Numbered from the stretch's first letter, positions 53,310-64,000 are shown. The stretch: DNA of 64,000 nt from Eledone cirrhosa (GCA_964016885.1 OZ024741.1:264864001-264928000); one strand, 5' to 3'. Numbers and translations are program-made. The notes: a model not told the origin generated them from the sequence alone.

Positions 53310-56300
53310 ATGACCTCACTCAGAATAGGCAGCATAAATGCGCGTGGCTTGGGGTCGTCATGGAAGCAGGGTCACCTGCTCAACGACCTCAGGTCACTAA
53401 ACATAGATGTAGTGGCCATCAGCGAGACCAGAATCTCCGAAGCACGGGCCTTCGCACCGATCTTCGGCGGCTACGATGTGTACGCATCTCCCAGCCGTCC
53501 TGGATCCGGTGGAGGAGTTGCTGTACTTTTTCGGAGAGGTTTGGATCTCGCCATACGGGCCATCTTCCTGGACCCAGAGGGTAAGCTGGTGGTGCTGGAC
53601 GTGACCAGCGGAGACGGGCAATCTTTCAGGCTAGTGGCCGTCTATGCCCCGACAGGAGCAGGGCGGCCTGATTTCTTCCGGCGTCTGGAGACCTTTCTTG
53701 GAACGTCCCGCTCTTTAGTGTTAGTGGGCGACTGGAACGGGATCTTAGATGCACGCTGGGACTGTGTGGGATTAGCGGATAGGGGTGGAGGGTGCAAGAG
53801 CCTCACCAACCTGCTCAGGCGTTTTGAACTGTCTGACAGGTACCGATTGGATTTCCCGAATGTGCCAATGTGGACTTGGACAAACCGCATAGGGTCATCC
53901 AGATCATATCTAGATAGAGTATTTTGTAGGGAAATAGATAGGTCTAGCATAGGCTGTCCACAATTCAAGATAGTCAGCTACACGGACCACAAATTCGTGA
54001 CCTGTGTGCTTGACTTAGATAGGCTTCATAGACGAGGACCCGGCTACTGGAAGCTAAACGCGTCCTTACCAGCGCGCAAGGCCTACAGAGACCGGATTAG
54101 CGAACTAGTTAAGCGGGCGTTGACGGGGGCCATCGTCAACAACAAGTGGTGGTTTGCTCTGAAAAGAGCGATTAGAATAGAATCGATTAGGTTTAGTAAG
54201 GCTTTAGCAATAGAGAAAAATAGAGCAGAGGGAGAACTAGTTAGAAAATTAGACGAGGCGCTTAGCAAAGGCATTGCGACCGACGTGCTTGCGGCGAAAT
54301 TGGCCCTTGACCAATTCTTCAATGCAAAGCACGAAGGCTGCGTTGTCAGAGCTAGGGTGCGTGCTCTCAGACACGAGGGGACGAAAGCCGTTCAATGGGC
54401 CCGAGTGGCGGAGGCGCGTCGTGGCAACAAAGCCACGATCCGGTCTTTGGTGGACCACGACGGGCGCATGCTACTCGATCCCGGGCAAATGTGTGAAGCT
54501 TTTCAGCGACACTTCGCTCAGCTGTTCGGGGGCAGCGGGGGGCCGGGTAGAGGGATGGACTTTAGTGTCTACCTCGACGGGCTGCCGCGGCTCTCGGCCA
54601 CTGAGGCGAGGTGTTGCGAAAAGCCGATAACAGCCGCTGAAGTACGGGAGGCAATGACTGGCTGCACAAGGGGTAAATCGCCTGGTTTGGATGGTCTGCC
54701 CTATGAACTTTACGTACAGATGCCAGACTTGTTCGGAGGCCTCTTGGCGGACGTCTACTGCAACTGGCAACAGAACGGGAGAATTCCCAGTTCTGTGAGC
54801 CGAGGAGCGGTGGCACTGCTGAGAAAGGATCCGAACAAGGGGGATAACATAGACAATTTCCGGCCCATAACTCTGCTAAACACAGAGTTTAAGATTTTGG
54901 CCAAGGTGCTAGCAAAGAGGTTGGCGCTTGTCGTTGGTGGTCTGGTGGGAGAGGCGCAGACATGCGCCATTCCCGACAGATCCATCCACGACAACCTCCA
55001 CCTCATGCGATACATCGTAGAGAGGGTAGCTAGGGAACCTGGCACGGGTGGGTCCTTGATCAATTTAGATCAGTCGAAAGCTTTCGATAGGGTCGACCAT
55101 CGTTACCTAGCGGCAGTCCTGAGGGCGGCTGGCTTTGGGCCCGTCTTCAGAGGCTGGATCGCTGCCATGCACAGCGACATCTGCTCTGTGGTGAGAGTGA
55201 ACGGTCACCTGTCGGAACCGTTCAACATCATGCGCTCGGTCCGCCAAGGATGTCCCCTCTCGTCCCTCTTGTACGTATTGACTCTCGAGCCATTACTGCA
55301 CAAACTGGAGACGTTGAGGGGAGTCCCGCGCGAACTAGGATGCGGAAGATCCGTGTCAGCATATGCGGACGATGTCACCGTAGTGGTGTCGAACGCCAAA
55401 CACATCGAGGCGATCGGCACTACACTAAGAGAATACGAAGCGGTGACAGGAGCAATGATCAACCAGGAAAAGTCAGTGGGCCTGCAGCTCGGCACCTGGA
55501 GAGGCAGGTCCATGCCGTCCAACAGCGTCGTCGGGCGCTGGACGGACGGACCGGTTAAATTGCTAGGGGTCTGGTTCGGTCCGGACCTCCAGACGGACAA
55601 AAACTGGGACGAGGTGACGAGCAGGGTGGCTTCTCTCACCCAGAAATGGGCGGAGAGGAAGCTATCCCTGAAAGGTCGAGCGGAGGTGGCTAACGCGTAC
55701 ATCGCGTCTGTCATCTGCTACCGCCTAACCGTCGTACCTTGTCCTAAGCCTCGCCTGACTGCGCTGGAGCGTTTGCTCTTTCGCTTTTTGTGGAAGGGAC
55801 GTGCTCCGATGGTCAGGCGGTCCATCTGTTGTCAACACCCGCTACGTGGAGGGCTGGGCATGCCGTGGCTGATGATGCGCAGGCACGCGCTCAGGCTACG
55901 ACATCTCCACCTCTTCCTCGACGGTGATCAGGTGTGGTCGCCGTTTGCTAGACGCGTTTTTCCCCAGCTCGTTTCCTTGACGGAGCTGCAGTCCTGGGTC
56001 AAGCGAAGACCGAGAGGGAGCGCCTGGAGACTGGAATGTCTTCAGGCGCTCACAGCCCTCGACCAATCGGGCAATGTGATCGGTGGAAACTCCACCTCGG
56101 CGTTCTATAGAGGATTAGTGGAGGGGAAGAGCGACGACGTACTTGGGGAAACTCTAGGCGTCGACGAAAATCAACTAGCCAATCTCTTCGGAAGAACTTT
56201 CGGGCCAGGGCCTATGGACAACTTCCAGAAATCTCTGGCCTGGCAGTGCTACCGAGGAGCCTTGCCAGTTCGGGATAAACTCTACAGGCATGGAGGTGCC

Positions 56301-56729
56301 GTCAGCCGGGCATGTCCGAGATGCGCGCAGGGCGACGAAACCGTCCTGCACGCACTCGTCCAGTGTCCGAAAATTGCTGACTTGTGGGTTTATGTCGAAC
56401 ACCTGCTGTCGCGTTTAGGACGGATCCAGCTATCATCTGAGTCCATCGTGAGGATTGCCCCGCCCTCCTCCTTTAGCCGGGAAGGGCAGGCAGTTTTTAT
56501 CTGTCTGGTGGCCATGGCGAAAGAGATAGTATGGTGGACACGTTTGAAAGGGCTGAAGACGAGCACTTACCTCTTCGGTGATGCTCTGATTGACTTTTTC
56601 AAATTTCATTTGAAAAGGAAAATCAGAGTAGAGAGGGAAGTGCTCTCTTCCCAGCATTTTGTTGAAAGATGGGTGAGAGAAGCAAGAATGGCCCGAGTGA
56701 ATGGGCCGACTCTGAGTATATATCTGTAA
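53310..56729 (+). CDS. ORF2 APE-RT (copy 3)
   Basis: Intact 1139 aa. Confidence 0.96.
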   Translation: MTSLRIGSINARGLGSSWKQGHLLNDLRSLNIDVVAISETRISEARAFAPIFGGYDVYASPSRPGSGGGVAVLFRRGLDLAIRAIFLDPEGKLVVLDVTSGDGQSFRLVAVYAPTGAGRPDFFRRLETFLGTSRSLVLVGDWNGILDARWDCVGLADRGGGCKSLTNLLRRFELSDRYRLDFPNVPMWTWTNRIGSSRSYLDRVFCREIDRSSIGCPQFKIVSYTDHKFVTCVLDLDRLHRRGPGYWKLNASLPARKAYRDRISELVKRALTGAIVNNKWWFALKRAIRIESIRFSKALAIEKNRAEGELVRKLDEALSKGIATDVLAAKLALDQFFNAKHEGCVVRARVRALRHEGTKAVQWARVAEARRGNKATIRSLVDHDGRMLLDPGQMCEAFQRHFAQLFGGSGGPGRGMDFSVYLDGLPRLSATEARCCEKPITAAEVREAMTGCTRGKSPGLDGLPYELYVQMPDLFGGLLADVYCNWQQNGRIPSSVSRGAVALLRKDPNKGDNIDNFRPITLLNTEFKILAKVLAKRLALVVGGLVGEAQTCAIPDRSIHDNLHLMRYIVERVAREPGTGGSLINLDQSKAFDRVDHRYLAAVLRAAGFGPVFRGWIAAMHSDICSVVRVNGHLSEPFNIMRSVRQGCPLSSLLYVLTLEPLLHKLETLRGVPRELGCGRSVSAYADDVTVVVSNAKHIEAIGTTLREYEAVTGAMINQEKSVGLQLGTWRGRSMPSNSVVGRWTDGPVKLLGVWFGPDLQTDKNWDEVTSRVASLTQKWAERKLSLKGRAEVANAYIASVICYRLTVVPCPKPRLTALERLLFRFLWKGRAPMVRRSICCQHPLRGGLGMPWLMMRRHALRLRHLHLFLDGDQVWSPFARRVFPQLVSLTELQSWVKRRPRGSAWRLECLQALTALDQSGNVIGGNSTSAFYRGLVEGKSDDVLGETLGVDENQLANLFGRTFGPGPMDNFQKSLAWQCYRGALPVRDKLYRHGGAVSRACPRCAQGDETVLHALVQCPKIADLWVYVEHLLSRLGRIQLSSESIVRIAPPSSFSREGQAVFICLVAMAKEIVWWTRLKGLKTSTYLFGDALIDFFKFHLKRKIRVEREVLSSQHFVERWVREARMARVNGPTLSIYL

Positions 56730-56884
56730 ACTAAAGGTGGAAAACTGGGAGAGGGCACTTGCCTTGGTGGTCAGGGTCATTGTGGCTTTTTACTGGGCTT
56801 TCTCCACAAATGTCCCTCCGAAGTCTCCCCCCTATTGGGGAATTTTTCATTGTTATTTTCATTGTTATTTTTGTTACATCCTCT

Positions 56885-56920
<36 letters not shown>

Positions 56921-57016
56921 CTTTTACACGCAGAAATGCCCATTTGTACCGTCCTGCATTGTCCTGCACTGTCCTTAATGTCTACTTTATGTAAACCCTT
57001 GTGGTTAATAAAGAAA

Positions 57017-57051
<35 letters not shown>

Positions 57052-57267
57052 GAATGCCATGGTTGACGGAGGCTCGGCTCTGTAAGGTATAGTAATTTTT
57101 AACCGTTAAAACAATTGTAAATTGTTTAAAACTTGAACCAAATTGTTGATAAAGACACCCTCCTCCTCGTGAGAGGGGTCTTTCTGTCCGTTATTTGGCC
57201 CTTCGGGGTTAAATAACCAGTTATTGGGGTTTTGTACCCAAAATTTCATTTTAAACAAAAAAACAAC

Positions 57268-59346
57268 ATGGCTACAAAAAAGAAATTTCATACGTCACTC
57301 CCACTCATTCCGTCTTCTTCTTCCTCAATCATCACTACAGCAGAGAGAAGATTGTCTCTCTCCCTCCCTTCTTTAAATGTGTCTCTCTCCCTCCCTTCTC
57401 TTTCGCAAGCGACGAAAGAAAAGAAAAGTCTCGTGCAAAGCGTGCAAGGTTTCTCCACGACGACGACGACAGCGACGAAACAGGTGTGCGGGAAATACGA
57501 AAACCCAGTTCATTCGTCTGACGTCAGGAATAATAGCAGTAGCAGCCGTAATAACAACAGCAACAGTGACAATGAAAACAACAGTAGCAGCCGCAACAGC
57601 ATCACCAGCAGCATAAACAACAACAGCATTAGCAGCAGCAACACCAACAACAACCACAGCAACAGCGGCGGAGGCAGTAGTCGTAGTACCTGCAGCAACA
57701 ACAAAAGTACCAGCAGCTCTGACGACAACAACAACAGCAGAGAAAAACCAATCTCATTTGCAGGTATTGCGAAAAACTTGGAAACAATCCTCATAACAAA
57801 TGAGGAATTAGAGGAAGCGAAGAAGATGGTGACAAAGAACGGACACCGAGCAATCTGCAAGGCAGCGGAAAAATTTTTCGAAACCCAAGAGCACTGTACG
57901 GTCACGTACCGTACAGTAAGTACAAAATCCCGTAGGGTGGAAAGAGCCACAGAGGCCCAAATACAAAAAGCCTTGGGGTCTGTGTGGCAGCGGAAAACGC
58001 ACATCACCCGAGGCAAAAAATATGCCACCGTAGACGTACTTTTTGCCACACCCCAGGAGGCAAAGGCCCAATCAGTAGTGACCCTAAGGAGCGAGGAAAT
58101 GGTGTTGGTGCCCTCCTACTGTGGGCAAAAAATTGTGAGGGTCAAACTAACCCACGTCCCCCCCGGAATGACCCCTTCTTGGCTGGCCGCGTCTGTCCTC
58201 GTCGGAATCGAGGACAAAACAACTGTACTGCAAGTACAGAAAAAAGTAAGAGAAGATTGGGTCGGCTCCTCCATTGAGATGCTAATCCAAACCAACCAGG
58301 AGTGCATCGAAGCTATCCCGGATGTGATAGACTTCGATAACGGCACTCAACTGCCCATAAGTGTTGAGGGCAAACGCCCGAAATGCTTTCGCTGTGGATC
58401 GAAGACTCACCTCAGGGCCTTCTGCAACGAGAAGACCCTGAGAAAGGAGAAAACCCCCCTCCTTCCGAATCCGGCTCCACGGCTACCAGCAACAGGACAA
58501 GCGGCAACCAGGAACGATAGGTCCGTGGCACCCATACCCACTCCACGGAAATCAAAAACAGCAGCAGCAGTGGAAATATTAACAACAACAACAGCAATAC
58601 CAAATGCAGCTGCAACAGAGACTCCAGTGCAAACATCACCAACAACAAGTGAAAGAGTGGAGCTGGTACCCCTCCCCGACCTCACAGAATCAGACATGGA
58701 GTGTGAGGTGGGAGAGGGATGGCAAAAGGTCGTAAGAAGGCACAAACGCAGAAGCAGCGCATCGTCGCCTTTGAAAAGGGAGGAAAGAAATGAGAAAAGG
58801 GTAAAGTCTACTGTAAAGAGACCCACAGCAGCAACAACACCAACACCATCACCACCCACACTAGCACCACCATCACCACCGCCAACAACACCTTTAACAC
58901 CACCACCACAAGCACCAACATCGCAAACACAACAACAAAACACACACACCCAGCAACAACGACAAGAAAATAGTAGAACCACACCCCACCCCCAGAAAAA
59001 CAAATGCACGGCAATAAATACACACAACAAGAAACTAATGACTTACATAATTGAACACACAGACATTTCACAACAGGACTACATAATACCAGCACCAATC
59101 AAAACGCCAACTAACATAAGACTGCTAAAAATAGCACAGAAACAATACACAAACATTAAAACGAAATTCCCCAACGCAGTTGGTGATTTCAGGGACCTAG
59201 GAGGAACCATCAATCGAAGAGTATACTCAGACATTCTCTTAGAAGAGCCGACGACCAGCCGAAGGGACGATTCAACGGTCCCTTCACCAGACGATCAAGT
59301 GAAAAGGGATGTAAAAACCATCCCTCCTCTACCAAAAGTACGGTAA
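57268..59346 (+). CDS. ORF1 gag-like CCHC protein (copy 4)
   Basis: Open from the ATG at 57268; in-frame indels in the P/T-rich region. Confidence 0.9.
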   Translation: MATKKKFHTSLPLIPSSSSSIITTAERRLSLSLPSLNVSLSLPSLSQATKEKKSLVQSVQGFSTTTTTATKQVCGKYENPVHSSDVRNNSSSSRNNNSNSDNENNSSSRNSITSSINNNSISSSNTNNNHSNSGGGSSRSTCSNNKSTSSSDDNNNSREKPISFAGIAKNLETILITNEELEEAKKMVTKNGHRAICKAAEKFFETQEHCTVTYRTVSTKSRRVERATEAQIQKALGSVWQRKTHITRGKKYATVDVLFATPQEAKAQSVVTLRSEEMVLVPSYCGQKIVRVKLTHVPPGMTPSWLAASVLVGIEDKTTVLQVQKKVREDWVGSSIEMLIQTNQECIEAIPDVIDFDNGTQLPISVEGKRPKCFRCGSKTHLRAFCNEKTLRKEKTPLLPNPAPRLPATGQAATRNDRSVAPIPTPRKSKTAAAVEILTTTTAIPNAAATETPVQTSPTTSERVELVPLPDLTESDMECEVGEGWQKVVRRHKRRSSASSPLKREERNEKRVKSTVKRPTAATTPTPSPPTLAPPSPPPTTPLTPPPQAPTSQTQQQNTHTQQQRQENSRTTPHPQKNKCTAINTHNKKLMTYIIEHTDISQQDYIIPAPIKTPTNIRLLKIAQKQYTNIKTKFPNAVGDFRDLGGTINRRVYSDILLEEPTTSRRDDSTVPSPDDQVKRDVKTIPPLPKVR

Positions 59347-59381
59347 GTGGTCTTTCCCATCTTTTCCACTCTATTTTAAAC

Positions 59382-62300
59382 ATGACCTCACTCAGAATAG
59401 GCAGCATAAATGCGCGTGGCTTGGGGTCGTCATGGAAGCAGGGTCACCTGCTCAACGACCTCAGGTCACTAAACATAGATGTAGTGGCCATCAGCGAGAC
59501 CAGAATCTCCGAAGCACGGGCCTTCGCACCGATCTTCGGCGGCTACGATGTGTACGCATCTCCCAGCCGTCCTGGATCGGGTGGAGGAGTTGCTGTGCTT
59601 TTTCGGAGAGGTTTGGATCTCGCCATACGGGCCATCTTCCTGGACCCAGAGGGTAAGCTGGTGGTGCTGGACGTGACCAGCGGAGACGGGCAAGCTTTCA
59701 GGCTAGTGGCCGTCTATGCCCCGACAGGAGCAGGGCGGCCTGATTTCTTCCGGCGTCTGGAGACCTTTCTTGGAACGTCCCGCTCTTTAGTGTTAGTGAG
59801 CGACTGGAACGGGATCTTAGATGCACGCTGGGACTGTGTGGGATTAGCGGATAGGGGTGGAGGGTGCAAGAGCCTCACCAACCTGCTCAGGCGTTTTGAA
59901 CTGTCTGACAGGTACCGATTGGATTTCCCGAATGTGCCAATGTGGACTTGGACAAACCGCATAGGGTCATCCAGATCATATCTAGATAGAGTATTTTGTA
60001 GGGAAATAGATAGGTCTAGCATAGGCTGTCCACAATTCAAGATAGTCAGCTACACGGACCACAAATTCGTGACCTGTGTGCTTGACTTAGATAGGCTTCA
60101 TAGACGAGGACCCGGCTACTGGAAGCTAAACGCGTCCTTACCAGCGCGCAAGGCCTACAGAGACCGGATTAGCGAACTAGTTAAGCGGGCGTTGACGGGG
60201 GCCATCGTCAACAACAAGTGGTGGTTTGCTCTGAAAAGAGCGATTAGAATAGAATCGATTAGGTTTAGTAAGGCTTTAGCAATAGAGAAAAATAGAGCAG
60301 AGGGAGAACTAGTTAGAAAATTAGACGAGGCGCTTAGCAAAGGCATTGCGACCGACGTGCTTGCGGCGAAATTGGCCCTTGACCAATTCTTCAATGCAAA
60401 GCACGAAGGCTGCGTTGTCAGAGCTAGGGTGCGTGCTCTCAGACACGAGGGGACGAAAGCCGTTCAATGGGCCCGAGTGGCGGAGGCGCGTCGTGGCAAC
60501 AAAGCCACGATCCGGTCTTTGGTGGACCACGACGGGCGCATGCTACTCGATCCCGGGCAAATGTGTGAAGCTTTTCAGCGACACTTCGCTCAGCTGTTCG
60601 GGGGCAGCGGGGGGCCGGGTAGAGGGATGGACTTTAGTGTCTACCTCGACGGACTGCCGCGGCTCTCGGCCACTGAGGCGAGGTGTTGCGAAAAGCCGAT
60701 AACAGCCGCTGAAGTACGGGAGGCAATGACTGGCTGCACAAGGGGTAAATCGCCTGGTTTGGATGGTCTGCCCTATGAACTTTACGTACAGATGCCAGAC
60801 TTGTTCGGAGGCCTCTTGGCGGACGTCTACTGCAACTGGCAACAGAACGGGAGAATTCCCAGTTCTGTGAGCCGAGGAGCGGTGGCACTGCTGAGAAAGG
60901 ATCCGAACAAGGGGGATAACATAGACAATTTCCGGCCCATAACTCTGCTAAACACAGAGTTTAAGATTTTGGCCAAGGTGCTAGCAAAGAGGTTGGCGCT
61001 TGTCGTTGGTGGTCTGGTGGGAGAGGCGCAGACATGCGCCATTCCCGACAGATCCATCCACGACAACCTCCACCTCATGCGATACATCGTAGAGAGGGTA
61101 GCTAGGGAACCTGGCACGGGTGGGTCCTTGATCAATTTAGATCAGTCGAAAGCTTTCGATAGGGTCGACCATCGTTACCTAGCGGCAGTCCTGAGGGCGG
61201 CTGGCTTTGGGCCCGTCTTCAGAGGCTGGATCGCTGCCATGCACAGCGACATCTGCTCTGTGGTGAGAGTGAACGGTCACCTGTCGGAACCGTTCAACAT
61301 CATGCGCTCGGTCCGCCAAGGATGTCCCCTCTCGTCCCTCTTGTACGTATTGACTCTCGAGCCATTACTGCACAAACTGGAGACGTTGAGGGGAGTCCCG
61401 CGCGAACTAGGATGCGGAAGATCCGTGTCAGCATATGCGGACGATGTCACCGTAGTGGTGTCGAACGCCAAACACATCGAGGCGATCGGCACTACACTAA
61501 GAGAATACGAAGCGGTGACAGGAGCAATGATCAACCAGGAAAAGTCAGTGGGCCTGCAGCTCGGCACCTGGAGAGGCAGGTCCATGCCGTCCAACAGCGT
61601 CGTCGGGCGCTGGACGGACGGACCGGTTAAATTGCTAGGGGTCTGGTTCGGTCCGGACCTCCAGACGGACAAAAACTGGGACGAGGTGACGAGCAGGGTG
61701 GCTTCTCTCACCCAGAAATGGGCGGAGAGGAAGCTATCCCTGAAAGGTCGAGCGGAGGTGGCTAACGCGTACATCGCGTCTGTCATCTGCTACCGCCTAA
61801 CCGTCGTACCTTGTCCTAAGCCTCGCCTGACTGCGCTGGAGCGTTTGCTCTTTCGCTTTTTGTGGAAGGGACGTGCTCCGATGGTCAGGCGGTCCATCTG
61901 TTGTCAACACCCGCTACGTGGAGGGCTGGGCATGCCGTGGCTGATGATGCGCAGGCACGCGCTCAGGCTACGACATCTCCACCTCTTCCTCGACGGTGAT
62001 CAGGTGTGGTCGCCGTTTGCTAGACGCGTTTTTCCCCAGCTCGTTTCCTTGACGGAGCTGCAGTCCTGGGTCAAGCGAAGACCGAGAGGGAGCGCCTGGA
62101 GACTGGAATGTCTTCAGGCGCTCACAGCCCTCGACCAATCGGGCAATGTGATCGGTGGAAACTCCACCTCGGCGTTCTATAGAGGATTAGTGGAGGGGAA
62201 GAGCGACGACGTACTTGGGGAAACTCTAGGCGTCGACGAAAATCAACTAGCCAATCTCTTCGGAAGAACTTTCGGGCCGGGGCCTATGGACAACTTCCAG

Positions 62301-62801
62301 AAATCTCTGGCCTGGCAGTGCTACCGAGGAGCCTTGCCAGTTCGGGATAAACTCTACAGGCATGGAGGTGCCGTCAGCCGGGCATGTCCGAGATGCGCGC
62401 AGGGCGACGAAACCGTCCTGCACGCACTCGTCCAGTGTCCGAAAATTGCTGACTTGTGGGTTTATGTCGAACACCTGCTGTCGCGTTTAGGACGGATCCA
62501 GCTATCATCTGAGTCTATCGTGAGGATTGCCCCGCCCTCCTCCTTTAGCCGGGAAGGGCAGGCAGTTTTTATCTGTCTGGTGGCCATGGCGAAAGAGATA
62601 GTATGGTGGACACGTTTGAAAGGGCTGAAGACGAGCACTTACCTCTTCGGTGATGCTCTGATTGACTTTTTCAAATTTCATTTGAAAAGGAAAATCAGAG
62701 TAGAGAGGGAAGTGCTCTCTTCCCAGCATTTTGTTGAAAGATGGGTGAGAGAAGCAAGAATGGCCCGAGTGAATGGGCCGACTCTGAGTATATATCTGTA
62801 A
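59382..62801 (+). CDS. ORF2 APE-RT (copy 4; GDWN changed to SDWN)
   Basis: Intact 1139 aa. Confidence 0.95.
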   Translation: MTSLRIGSINARGLGSSWKQGHLLNDLRSLNIDVVAISETRISEARAFAPIFGGYDVYASPSRPGSGGGVAVLFRRGLDLAIRAIFLDPEGKLVVLDVTSGDGQAFRLVAVYAPTGAGRPDFFRRLETFLGTSRSLVLVSDWNGILDARWDCVGLADRGGGCKSLTNLLRRFELSDRYRLDFPNVPMWTWTNRIGSSRSYLDRVFCREIDRSSIGCPQFKIVSYTDHKFVTCVLDLDRLHRRGPGYWKLNASLPARKAYRDRISELVKRALTGAIVNNKWWFALKRAIRIESIRFSKALAIEKNRAEGELVRKLDEALSKGIATDVLAAKLALDQFFNAKHEGCVVRARVRALRHEGTKAVQWARVAEARRGNKATIRSLVDHDGRMLLDPGQMCEAFQRHFAQLFGGSGGPGRGMDFSVYLDGLPRLSATEARCCEKPITAAEVREAMTGCTRGKSPGLDGLPYELYVQMPDLFGGLLADVYCNWQQNGRIPSSVSRGAVALLRKDPNKGDNIDNFRPITLLNTEFKILAKVLAKRLALVVGGLVGEAQTCAIPDRSIHDNLHLMRYIVERVAREPGTGGSLINLDQSKAFDRVDHRYLAAVLRAAGFGPVFRGWIAAMHSDICSVVRVNGHLSEPFNIMRSVRQGCPLSSLLYVLTLEPLLHKLETLRGVPRELGCGRSVSAYADDVTVVVSNAKHIEAIGTTLREYEAVTGAMINQEKSVGLQLGTWRGRSMPSNSVVGRWTDGPVKLLGVWFGPDLQTDKNWDEVTSRVASLTQKWAERKLSLKGRAEVANAYIASVICYRLTVVPCPKPRLTALERLLFRFLWKGRAPMVRRSICCQHPLRGGLGMPWLMMRRHALRLRHLHLFLDGDQVWSPFARRVFPQLVSLTELQSWVKRRPRGSAWRLECLQALTALDQSGNVIGGNSTSAFYRGLVEGKSDDVLGETLGVDENQLANLFGRTFGPGPMDNFQKSLAWQCYRGALPVRDKLYRHGGAVSRACPRCAQGDETVLHALVQCPKIADLWVYVEHLLSRLGRIQLSSESIVRIAPPSSFSREGQAVFICLVAMAKEIVWWTRLKGLKTSTYLFGDALIDFFKFHLKRKIRVEREVLSSQHFVERWVREARMARVNGPTLSIYL

Positions 62802-63061
62802 ACTAAAGGTGGAAAACTGGGAGAGGGCACTTGCCTTGGTGGTCAGGGTCATTGTGGCTTTTTACTGGGCTTTCTCCACAAATGTCCCTCCGAAGTCTCC
62901 CCCCTATTGGGGAATTTTTCATTGTTATTTTCATTGTTATTTTTGTTACATCCTCTGTTTTTGTTTTTTTACACGCAGAAATGCCCATTTGTACCGTCCT
63001 GCATTGTCCTGCACTGTCCTTAATGTCTACTTTATGTAAACCCTTGTGGTTAATAAAGAAA

Positions 63062-63099
<38 letters not shown>

Positions 63100-64000
63100 G
63101 AATGCCATGGTTGACGGAGGCTCGGCTCTGTAAGGTATAGTAATTTTTAACCGTTAAAACAATTGTAAATTGTTTAAAACTTGAACCAAATTGTTGATAA
63201 AGACACCCTCCTCCTCGTGAGAGGGGTCTTTCTGTCCGTTATTTGGCCCTTCGGGGTTAAATAACCAGTTATTGGGGTTTTGTACCCAATATTCATTTTA
63301 AACAAAAAACAACATGGCTACGAAAAAGAAATTTCATACGTCACTCCCACTCATTCCGTCTTCTTCTTCCTCAATCATCACTACAGCAGAGAGAAGATTG
63401 TCTCTCTCCCTCCCTTCTTTAAATGTGTCTCTCTCCCTCCCTTCTCTTTCGCAAGCGACGAAAGAAAAGAAAAGTCTCGTGCAAAGCGTGCAAGGTTTCT
63501 CCACGACGACGACGACAGAGACGAAACAGGTGTGCGGGAAATACGAAAACCCAGTTCATTCGTCTGACGTCAGGAATAATAGCAGTAGCAGCCGTAATAA
63601 CAACAGCAACAGTGACAATGAAAACAACAGTAGCAGCCGCAACAGCATCACCAGCAGCATAAACAACAACAGCATTAGCAGCAGCAACACCAACAACAAC
63701 CACAGCAACAGCGGCGGAGGCAGTCGTCGTAGTACCTGCAGCAACAACAAAAGTACCAGCAGCTCTGACGACAACAACAACAGCAGAGAAAAACCAATCT
63801 CATTTGCAGGTATTGCGAAAAACTTGGAAACAATCCTCATAACAAATGAGGAATTAGAGGAAGCGAAGAAGATGGTGACAAAGAACGGACACCGAGCAAT
63901 CTGCAAGGCAGCGAAAAATTTTTTCGAAACCCAAGAGCACTGTACGGTCACGTACCGTACAGTAAGTACAAAATCCCGTAGGGTGGAAAGAGCCACAGAG
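63100..64000 (+). mobile_element. Tx1-type array copy 5 (5' part; runs off the window)
   Basis: Same 5' start; ORF1 ATG at 63314. Confidence 0.93.

Larger units (their letters stand above)
50970..57051 (+). mobile_element. Tx1-type array copy 3 (6082 bp), both ORFs intact
   Basis: Same 5' start; poly-T expansion at ~56886-56920; (ATT)11 tail. Confidence 0.95.
57052..63099 (+). mobile_element. Tx1-type array copy 4 (6048 bp)
   Basis: Same 5' start; (ATT)12 tail. Confidence 0.95.

Noticed and set aside
39022-63996. Short overlapping and antisense ORFs within the array
   Set aside because: Shadows of ORF1/ORF2 and low-complexity tracts; they recur only because the units are near-identical.
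38842-64000. Telomere-building array like HeT-A/TART
   Set aside because: No telomeric repeats are visible. The 5' ends face the non-array flank, opposite to end-addition polarity if the chromosome end lay to the right.

Overview
Eukaryotic, AT-rich DNA saturated with (TA)n/(CA)n microsatellites; no host gene is recognisable. The repeat style resembles cephalopod genomes, but that is only an inference. From 1 to 31 kb it is a mosaic of Penelope-like element (PLE) remnants and their pseudo-LTRs, carrying about 14 hammerhead-ribozyme motifs, many inside fold-back palindromes. This part also holds a non-autonomous LTR element with identical LTRs and a tRNA-Trp primer-binding site (PBS), Helitron/DINE-like elements, a hAT-type MITE, an RTE fragment and a SINE head. 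From 31 to 39 kb there are two R4/Dong-clade non-LTR retrotransposons (RT plus restriction-like endonuclease), each stacked in a microsatellite. From 38.8 kb to the end is a head-to-tail array of at least five ~6.06-kb Tx1/L1-type retrotransposons (four complete, one cut by the window edge). They are near-identical, share one 5' start and are joined only by (ATT)8-14 tracts. The most striking system is this (ATT/TAA)n locus: the element's tail appears to recreate its own target, and an unrelated Dong element uses the same tract on the opposite strand.
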